This document shows, piece after piece, positions 35,555 to 41,801 of a DNA stretch of 41,801 nt (position 1 is the stretch's first letter; each line of letters begins with the position of its first letter). The stretch lies in the NCBI GenBank assembly GCA_045106895.1, contig JBGCFM010000139.1:1-41801 (forward strand), given 5' to 3'. A program made the position numbers and the translations under genes. Source of the DNA: Polyangiales bacterium (GTDB taxonomy: Bacteria > Myxococcota_A > Polyangia > Polyangiales > Houyiibacteriaceae). Under the pieces are notes generated by a model that saw only the letters and a list, made by a program, of their open reading frames with translations, had not been told where the DNA came from and made no database searches.

Positions 35555-36010
35555 ATGGCTTCGTCGCCCGAGCGCTCTCGCGTGGAACGTTGCGCCCTCT
35601 GTGGAGCGCCGCTCTCCGATGTCATGGCCTACGTCGTGACCTGTCACTACTGCCACGAAGAGAACCGCCTCGTCGCCAAGGAAACGGAAGACGCGCAACG
35701 ACAGGCAGAGGCCGTGACAAAAGCGGCCGGCGAGGCCCAAGCGATGGCGCGACGACTGAGCCAGCGGCGTGAGGAGCTCGAGGCCGAGTTCGGCGAGGCG
35801 ATGACGGACTTCACGAGTGACTCTTCGCCGTCAAAGGGCGCCGCCGCGCTCCACGCCTACGAGGCGCTGCTCCGAATCATTCAAGCGCCCTCGGTGCACA
35901 TCGCCCAAGTCATGGGCCCAAGCGGCGAGTCGGTATTGCGGCAGATCGATGACGGCATCGAAGACGCCCTATCGAACTTCGCCGCCGACAACGGGATCAC
36001 CCGTGCCTAA
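35555..36010 (+). CDS. Hypothetical protein with a zinc-ribbon (CxxC...CxxC) and a coiled-coil
   Basis: CALCGAPL...VTCHYCHEEN followed by Ala/Glu-rich helices. Overlaps the UDG start by 8 nt. Confidence 0.75.
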   Translation: MASSPERSRVERCALCGAPLSDVMAYVVTCHYCHEENRLVAKETEDAQRQAEAVTKAAGEAQAMARRLSQRREELEAEFGEAMTDFTSDSSPSKGAAALHAYEALLRIIQAPSVHIAQVMGPSGESVLRQIDDGIEDALSNFAADNGITRA

Positions 36011-36593
36011 GAGCGAAACTCTACGAAGCACCCTCAAGCAGGTGCGCGCATGCGAAGTATGCGCCGAGGCCCTTCCCCTCGGTCCACGCCCCGTCGTTCA
36101 AGTCGGCGCGCGGGCGAAGGTGATCATCATCGGACAGGCGCCCGGAACGAAGGTGCATGAGAGCGGTGTGCCCTGGGACGACGCCTCCGGAGACCACCTG
36201 CGGGAGTGGCTCGGAGTCACCAAGGACGACTTCTACGACAAGAAGCGCTTCTCCATTCTGCCGATGGGCTTCTGTTATCCCGGCGTCAAAGGCGGCGGAG
36301 ATGCGCCGCCCAGGCCCGAGTGCGCTCCTCTTTGGCACGAGCGCTTGCTCGAGTTTGCGCCGAAGGACTCGCTGCTGCTCTTGGTCGGCATGTACGCGCA
36401 GAAACACTACCTAGGCAAAGCCCGAAAGAAGACACTCACGGGCACCGTTCGTGCCGCCGGCGAGTACCTCCCGCGCTCCTTTCCACTTCCGCACCCCAGC
36501 TGGCGCTCGAAGCATTGGATGAAAAAGAACCCCTGGTTTGCGTCGTCGATTCTGCCAAGCCTCCAGAAAGAAATCGCCCTGCGGAGCACGTGA
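36003..36593 (+). CDS. Uracil-DNA glycosylase-like family protein
   Basis: ACEVC, motif A IIGQAPG, PWDDASG..LREWLG, PMGFCYPG, PPRPEC and motif B PLPHPSWR. GTG start at 36003. Confidence 0.92.
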   Translation: MPKSETLRSTLKQVRACEVCAEALPLGPRPVVQVGARAKVIIIGQAPGTKVHESGVPWDDASGDHLREWLGVTKDDFYDKKRFSILPMGFCYPGVKGGGDAPPRPECAPLWHERLLEFAPKDSLLLLVGMYAQKHYLGKARKKTLTGTVRAAGEYLPRSFPLPHPSWRSKHWMKKNPWFASSILPSLQKEIALRST

Positions 36594-36991
36594 TGATCCA
36601 GCGTTCGTTTATCAACATTTTCAGCGACCGTCTCATCGAGACGCGCGACTTCTACATGGGTCTCTTTGGGTATGAGCCCGCCTTCGAGAGCGACTGGTTC
36701 ATTCACCTTCAGGCCCCCGAGAACAAAGCCATCGAGCTGGGCATTATTCGCCGGGACCACGACATCGTTCACCCAGAGTATCGAGACCGCGCAGGCGGCA
36801 TGCTCACCATCGTCGTCCCCGATGTGGATGCGCTTGTGAGCACGGCCAAGGAGCGCGGCGTTCGCGTCGTCGAAGAGCCGCGCGATCTTTTCTACGGACA
36901 GCGACGCGCGCTCCTCCTCGGTCCGAGCGATACGCTCCTCGACGTCTCCAGCGAGTGCGCGCCAGACCCCGAATGGCTGGCGACGCTGTGA
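36593..36991 (+). CDS. VOC/glyoxalase family protein
   Basis: TGATG coupling with the UDG gene. Motifs ETRDFYMGLFG, FESDWF, VPDVDAL and EPRDLFYGQRR. Confidence 0.9.
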   Translation: MIQRSFINIFSDRLIETRDFYMGLFGYEPAFESDWFIHLQAPENKAIELGIIRRDHDIVHPEYRDRAGGMLTIVVPDVDALVSTAKERGVRVVEEPRDLFYGQRRALLLGPSDTLLDVSSECAPDPEWLATL

Positions 36992-37704
36992 ACACCACGA
37001 CCGACGCCGACGCGATGCATGAGGACGACGCCGACTCCATGGCGGACGAGGCTTTGGAGGACGAACCTTCTCTCGACGCCTGCCTCGCCTACGCGGTTCT
37101 GAACAACCCCGACGACTGGCTCAGCACGCCTTCGCCCACGGCGCTGGAGATCTTCCTTACAGGCGCAAAGCACAGGGCTGACGCGACCGACCCATCGCTG
37201 CCGATGTGGCGAATCTTTGGACCTCTCAATGAGCCCGAGTTTGCCAAGCCGCTTCTGAAACGAACCGGCCACCCTTCCCTTTCATTCGGATGGGACACGG
37301 CACTCGAGCTGCTCCACTTCTCCATGAGCGACGCCATGGCGGAGCTGCTGCACTTGGTCCGGCGGCGCTTTTCCGACGATTCACTGACGCTTCCAGGGCC
37401 GAACCCCTACGACTGGAACAAGACCGACTTCTGGCGTCACTTCGCACGACGTCCCGGCATGTTCGTGGGCGGCGGTTCCGGAAAGCGCCTGGGTTGGTTT
37501 CTGGCCGGCTTCCAGAAAGGCGGCGACTGGCTCGGGCTCCCGCCGGACCCCGAAGCAGACGCGATCATCGAGGCCATTCACCGACAGTCGAAGCAAAGCT
37601 ACGGCTCCGAGTTTGCCGCTTTTCGCGTCTATGATTCTCCCGGCGGCGCCACGACGCTGCTCGGTTGGGCAGACATCGAGCCCAGCGAAGACGTCTGCGC
37701 GTAG
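36988..37704 (+). CDS. Hypothetical protein with two internal P-x7-S-x3-L-x2-FLxG repeats
   Basis: GTGA coupling with the VOC gene. Segments NNPDDWLSTPSPTALEIFLTGA and RRPGMFVGGGSGKRLGWFLAGF. Confidence 0.7.
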   Translation: MNTTTDADAMHEDDADSMADEALEDEPSLDACLAYAVLNNPDDWLSTPSPTALEIFLTGAKHRADATDPSLPMWRIFGPLNEPEFAKPLLKRTGHPSLSFGWDTALELLHFSMSDAMAELLHLVRRRFSDDSLTLPGPNPYDWNKTDFWRHFARRPGMFVGGGSGKRLGWFLAGFQKGGDWLGLPPDPEADAIIEAIHRQSKQSYGSEFAAFRVYDSPGGATTLLGWADIEPSEDVCA

Positions 37705-37766
37705 CTAGAGCGGGATCCAGTGAGGATGGTACACTTTGACGCCCCACGCATAGTGTACCCTCACGC

Positions 37767-38273
37767 ATGTATTTTCTTCTGGCGGCGCTGCGGCCCGTTC
37801 CGCTCCTAGTCGCTGTCCTCTGCACCAGCTGCACGTCCACACCTTTACCTGAGGGCGACGGCCTCTACTACGCGACGGTATCTGGGTTCACTGGTCCCTT
37901 CATTCAGGTCGGGCTAGCGAGCGATTGCGAGATGGTTGCCACGCTCGGATTCGACGAGGCGGTGCCATCACCCGTAGGTCATTCAGTCGGCAGGCCTGAC
38001 CCCTTGCCCCTCGGAATGCTGGCGCCGGGGAGCTATGGTCTTGCGGTACGCGCCATCGCTGGCGATTGCCGTGAGTTGTCCTTTGGATGTCGGCCGATTC
38101 GGGTCGAAGAAACAGAGGCCGGTGAGGTAATTTTTGAGATCAGCACCCAGGACTATCCAGGGAGTGGAGAGTCGCTCTGCCCGCCCCTGGAACCCTGCGC
38201 CATATTCGACCGGTGTGATCCGCCTGCGGACGCCGGTACGGACGCGGCAAGTAGCCCAGACAGCCGCCCTTAG
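37767..38273 (+). CDS. Small Cys-containing lipoprotein related to the N-terminal module of 5785..7017
   Basis: Hydrophobic signal ending LCTSC. The motif LGMLAPGSYGLAVRAIAGDC.....GCRP matches the 5785 gene. Ends in a DAG linker. Confidence 0.72.
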   Translation: MYFLLAALRPVPLLVAVLCTSCTSTPLPEGDGLYYATVSGFTGPFIQVGLASDCEMVATLGFDEAVPSPVGHSVGRPDPLPLGMLAPGSYGLAVRAIAGDCRELSFGCRPIRVEETEAGEVIFEISTQDYPGSGESLCPPLEPCAIFDRCDPPADAGTDAASSPDSRP

Positions 38274-38314
38274 CGTCGAGCTCGCCCATTGATTTTCCGC
38301 TAGCGAGACTCAAC

Positions 38315-39013
38315 ATGGTGGGCATGAAACGACCAAACGCGGGCCCACTCATGCAGCCAAAGCGGCGCCCTTGGCGTGAGCTCGGCGTTCTCCGAGATGT
38401 CGCAGACCTACGGCGCCTCGACTCACGCACCTTGGCGCGCGGCTCGCGAAACGTGTTTGTGCTCCCAGGGTTTCAGACCGGCGACTCGTCCACCTGGGTG
38501 CTGAGGCGCGCGCTGTCCAAGGCAGGTCACTCGGTTCGCGGCTGGGGCTTAGGCATGAACCGCGGCAATGTCCGCAAGCTCGTCCCGCAGCTCATCGACA
38601 CCCTCTCGCAGGAGCGAGAGCCCGTTCATCTCGTGGGCTGGAGCCTTGGCGGGTTCATCGCCCGGGAGATCGCGCGAGAGATCCCAGAGCGCGTCGGCCA
38701 AGTCATCACCATGGCGAGCCCCGTCGTCGGCGGGCCCAAGTACACCGCCGCAGCAGGCCACTACATCAAAAAGGGCATCAGCCTCGACGACATCGAACGC
38801 ACCGTCGCAGAGCGAGACCACACGCACCCCCTGACGGTGCCGGTGACCGCTCTCTACAGCCTGCGCGACTCCGTCGTCTGCCCCGCGGCCTGCATCGATG
38901 GTTTCAACGAGCACGTGGAACACATCGAGGTCGACTGCGGGCACATCGCCTTTGGCTTCAACCGACACGTCATCCGCCTCGTCGCCGAGCGCTTGGCTGG
39001 CGACGAGAGCTGA
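38315..39013 (+). CDS. Alpha/beta hydrolase (lipase/esterase-like)
   Basis: VFVLPGF oxyanion segment, nucleophile HLVGWSLGG, YSLRDSVV (Asp) and CGHIAF (His). The start could be 38324 or later. Confidence 0.9.
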   Translation: MVGMKRPNAGPLMQPKRRPWRELGVLRDVADLRRLDSRTLARGSRNVFVLPGFQTGDSSTWVLRRALSKAGHSVRGWGLGMNRGNVRKLVPQLIDTLSQEREPVHLVGWSLGGFIAREIAREIPERVGQVITMASPVVGGPKYTAAAGHYIKKGISLDDIERTVAERDHTHPLTVPVTALYSLRDSVVCPAACIDGFNEHVEHIEVDCGHIAFGFNRHVIRLVAERLAGDES

Positions 39014-39029
39014 ACCCGCGACTGAATCT

Positions 39030-41429
39030 CTATTGAATCAACGGGCAGCTAGCGACGACGGGTCCGGCGTCGTTGTTCGTGATGTCGCACTCGTTGAGGC
39101 CGATGAGCGGTGAGTCCGAAGGGTCGTTGAGGACAGCGGCGAAGCTGAACATCTCATCGTCGCGGCCCGCAGGGATCGCGAAGGGCACCTCGAGAAGCTC
39201 GCTCTCGCCGGCGAGGAGAGGACGCGTCGTGACCGCGCGAGCGATGCTCGTCTGCATGTCGCCAACCACTTCGTAGAAGGTCACAGGAACGCCCGCCGGT
39301 GCACCCGCACGACCGCGGTTGATGACACGAACGCGAAGCGTGAAGGACTCCGGGCACGTTCGAGTGGACGCCTGAAGGTCGACGAGCTGCAGGTCCGGCG
39401 CGTCGAAGAGGCCATCCGGCTGCACGTTCTGGCGGAAGTTGTTGAGACCTTCGCGGGAGTGATTCGCCACCTCGCGTGTGGGCACGGTGCCGTCTTCGTT
39501 GATGTTCGTCACGTGATAAGTGTGCTGGTTCCAGATGCGCCGGGTGCGAACCCACTGGTTGTCCGGATGGCCAAACACGTGGATGCCGGTGCTGGCCGTG
39601 GTGCCATCCACGCACACGCCGCCAAACGCGTAGTTGTTCTCCATGAGAACGATCTCCGCGTGGTCGTCGTTGTCCACGTCCACGACGATGGGGAACTCCT
39701 TGAGCGTGCCGCTCAGGTTGCACTGGTTGTAGAAGACGCTTCCGTCGGTTCCGCGGAAGACGCGAAGGAAACGCTCGTCGTTGTAGAGGACCTCCGCGAT
39801 GCCGTCGCCTTCGAAGTCGAAGATGCTCGAACCCGTGCTGCGGCTGGAGCGGTCCTGGGTTTCAAACCACCACTTACGCGTGCCGTCGTGTTCGAGGACG
39901 ACGTAGGCGTAGCCACCCGCGAAGGCGACCTCCGGGTTAGGATCCTCGTCGAAGTTCGCGATGGTCGGTGGTCCGCCGCCGCCGGGGCTCGCCGCCCACT
40001 GGTCCATGAGCTCCGGCGGGTTGATGTCCACCGGGCCCCAGATGGTGTCGCCGGTGGCGCCTTCAAGGGCCCAAGCCACGTGTCCGCCCACGGTGACAAC
40101 GTCCGGCGAACCGTCGAGGTTGAGGTCCGCGATGGCCAGCTGGGAGGCGCCCACGGAAGGACGGCCGTCGCTGCCGTCGCGCACCCAGACCGCGCTTCCA
40201 TCGTAGTTGTATGCGCCGCTGCCGCCGACGAGCTCGAGGTCCTCGTCGTCGTCGATGTTGTAGAGCGCCGTGTACGCACCGCTCGCGCCCACGCTCGGGC
40301 GCAGACGCTGGACGACGGTGCCGTCTGCATGAGCGATGATGTAGCGGACGACGATCTCGGGTGTTCCGTCGCCGTCCATATCGCCAACGGCGGGCGCATC
40401 GAAGCCGCAGGGCACGACGTTCGGTGCCGTGTCGAAGCGACGCAGGAGCGCGCCACCGGCGGACAAAATCATCAGGTGTCCTGGAGCCGTGGCTGCGCGG
40501 TCGGCGCGTGAGCACACCATGATTTCAGGCCCGAGAGATTCCGGGTCGACGTCGGCGATGGTGATCTCTCCGCCCGGCGTCACCGAAACGGGGTTCGGGA
40601 TCGTGGTCTCCGTCGGGAAAATTTGCGCGCCGTCGGCGCCGGAGATGATGCGCAGGACGCCGCCGATCTGGTCGCCGAACTGACCCCAGTAGCTCGACCC
40701 GGTGAACGTGCTGAAGACGACGTCGGGAATGTCGTTCTCATCGATGAGGCCGTCGTCGTTGTCGTCCGTCATGTTGGCGACCATCGGCGCCATCATCACC
40801 TGGTCATGCGTGGGGTAGGCGTCTTCATCACCGGTCCACGACCACTTCTCCACGAGGGAGAAGTCTTCAAGCTCCGGTCGGTATTCGCAGATCTCGCCCT
40901 CAGGTGCCCGCGGTAGACAGCGGCCAATGGTCGCCTCGCAGTAGCTCTCGGCGTCGCAGTCCGTGCTGCGCGTGCAAACGTCGCCGGGCGCCGTGCACTC
41001 ATTGAGGTAACAAACGTCGCCGGCGTCGCAGCAGGTGGTCTCCGCCCCTTCGCCGCAAGGAGCTTCGTCGGCTTCGCAGGCGAGGACGCAGCTATCGGCG
41101 ACGCACGCCTGAGAGTCTCCGCAGCAGACGCCGCCGCAGAGCTCGCTCGCCTCACAGCAGAGGCTGCCGCCGCAAACAGTCCCAGCAGCGCAGCAATCAT
41201 CGCCACACACCTGAACCGGAGGGCAACTCATGACATCCACGCCGGGGCCAGCATCGTCTGGCAGCGACGCGTCGACCTGGACCGGCTCCTCACACATATC
41301 GTCGGTGCACGCCAAGCCGAAACGGCAGTCGTCATCCGTGACGCACGGTGCGCCGACCCCGTCGTCGATGGTGGTGCCGCAGTCGCAAGCGCAGACGAAG
41401 ATCGCGAAGAGGAGATAAGCCCGGTTCAT
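39030..41429 (-). CDS. FG-GAP repeat / CARDB-like lipoprotein with a Cys-rich N-terminus (paralog 2)
   Basis: MNRAYLLFAIFVCAC-DCG and CC-rich repeats. SSIFDFEGDGIAEVLYNDE, NNFRQNVQPDGLFDAPD and C-terminal VINRG...ECDITNN. Confidence 0.9.
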   Translation of the reverse strand: MNRAYLLFAIFVCACDCGTTIDDGVGAPCVTDDDCRFGLACTDDMCEEPVQVDASLPDDAGPGVDVMSCPPVQVCGDDCCAAGTVCGGSLCCEASELCGGVCCGDSQACVADSCVLACEADEAPCGEGAETTCCDAGDVCYLNECTAPGDVCTRSTDCDAESYCEATIGRCLPRAPEGEICEYRPELEDFSLVEKWSWTGDEDAYPTHDQVMMAPMVANMTDDNDDGLIDENDIPDVVFSTFTGSSYWGQFGDQIGGVLRIISGADGAQIFPTETTIPNPVSVTPGGEITIADVDPESLGPEIMVCSRADRAATAPGHLMILSAGGALLRRFDTAPNVVPCGFDAPAVGDMDGDGTPEIVVRYIIAHADGTVVQRLRPSVGASGAYTALYNIDDDEDLELVGGSGAYNYDGSAVWVRDGSDGRPSVGASQLAIADLNLDGSPDVVTVGGHVAWALEGATGDTIWGPVDINPPELMDQWAASPGGGGPPTIANFDEDPNPEVAFAGGYAYVVLEHDGTRKWWFETQDRSSRSTGSSIFDFEGDGIAEVLYNDERFLRVFRGTDGSVFYNQCNLSGTLKEFPIVVDVDNDDHAEIVLMENNYAFGGVCVDGTTASTGIHVFGHPDNQWVRTRRIWNQHTYHVTNINEDGTVPTREVANHSREGLNNFRQNVQPDGLFDAPDLQLVDLQASTRTCPESFTLRVRVINRGRAGAPAGVPVTFYEVVGDMQTSIARAVTTRPLLAGESELLEVPFAIPAGRDDEMFSFAAVLNDPSDSPLIGLNECDITNNDAGPVVASCPLIQ

Positions 41430-41515
41430 CCCCACACCGTATAGGGGATGCGGCCGGGTGCCCACCCCACGCTCGCCCGATTGTCGGCGGCGAAGCTCCG
41501 TCGTATGGGTACTTC

Positions 41516-41801
41516 GTGCGGGTCCTCCCCCAGAATGCTTGGTGGTGCCTGGCGTTGACTCTGGTGAGCTGCGGCTCGACGGCTCCGGTGAGCCAGGGCC
41601 GGTTGGCTCCCCTGGTTACGATCCCGAACGTCGATTCGGCACCGACCAGTGTTGTCGTTTCGCGCGAGGAGTGGCGCTATTCGGAGGTTGGTTTTGTCGT
41701 CGGCGACCCCGCCTGGACCGGCCCCGGCGAGCGTGTATTGAGGGGCGTTGTCGAGCGACCTCGATTTGCGGATGGTCGCGCATGGGTCCTGACGCGTGAA
41801 G
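41516..41801 (+). CDS. Partial lipoprotein running off the window end (absent from the ORF track)
   Basis: GTG 41516 opens MRVLPQNAWWCLALTLVSC-GSTAPVSQG... with no stop before the window end. Lipobox LVSC. Divergent from the FG-GAP gene. Confidence 0.6.
   Translation, partial: MRVLPQNAWWCLALTLVSCGSTAPVSQGRLAPLVTIPNVDSAPTSVVVSREEWRYSEVGFVVGDPAWTGPGERVLRGVVERPRFADGRAWVLTRE

Noticed and set aside
1..41801. Mobile elements, prophage, defence systems, tRNA/rRNA, biosynthetic gene clusters
   Set aside because: No transposase, integrase, phage, restriction, toxin, PKS/NRPS or structural RNA signatures were recognised by eye. A tRNAscan/Rfam/DefenseFinder run would be needed to exclude them formally.

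Overview
A GC-rich, gene-dense chromosomal segment. Its content points to a myxobacterium (inferred Myxococcota, probably Polyangiales/Sandaracinaceae-like): Hanks-type Ser/Thr kinases, many Cys-rich lipoproteins with Asp/Ala/Gly tethers, a MYXO-CTERM-like motif, AgmX/PglI-type TonB-C proteins and FG-GAP/CARDB proteins. I support about 36 CDSs. I see no rRNA, tRNA, CRISPR array, transposase or phage genes. There are three ECF sigma modules: (1) an ECF42-type sigma with a YciI/DGPF gene and a divergent VOC gene, with TGTCGA-N17 promoter motifs facing both ways; (2) an S41 peptidase lipoprotein, ECF and membrane Ser/Thr kinase with an extracytoplasmic propeller; (3) an outer-membrane barrel, ECF and FecR-TPR anti-sigma with no TonB-dependent receptor in the operon. 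Unusual architectures include a PQQ-propeller/VIT/vWA lipoprotein fusion, a Zn-PLC/Het-C-like protein whose MYXO-CTERM-like motif is internal and runs into a second lipoprotein signal, and an ArsR-SRPBCC fusion with a palindrome on its start codon. About ten genes have a -10-like hexamer 5-7 nt before the start codon and no Shine-Dalgarno, which suggests leaderless mRNAs. All calls come from reading motifs by eye; no database searches were run.
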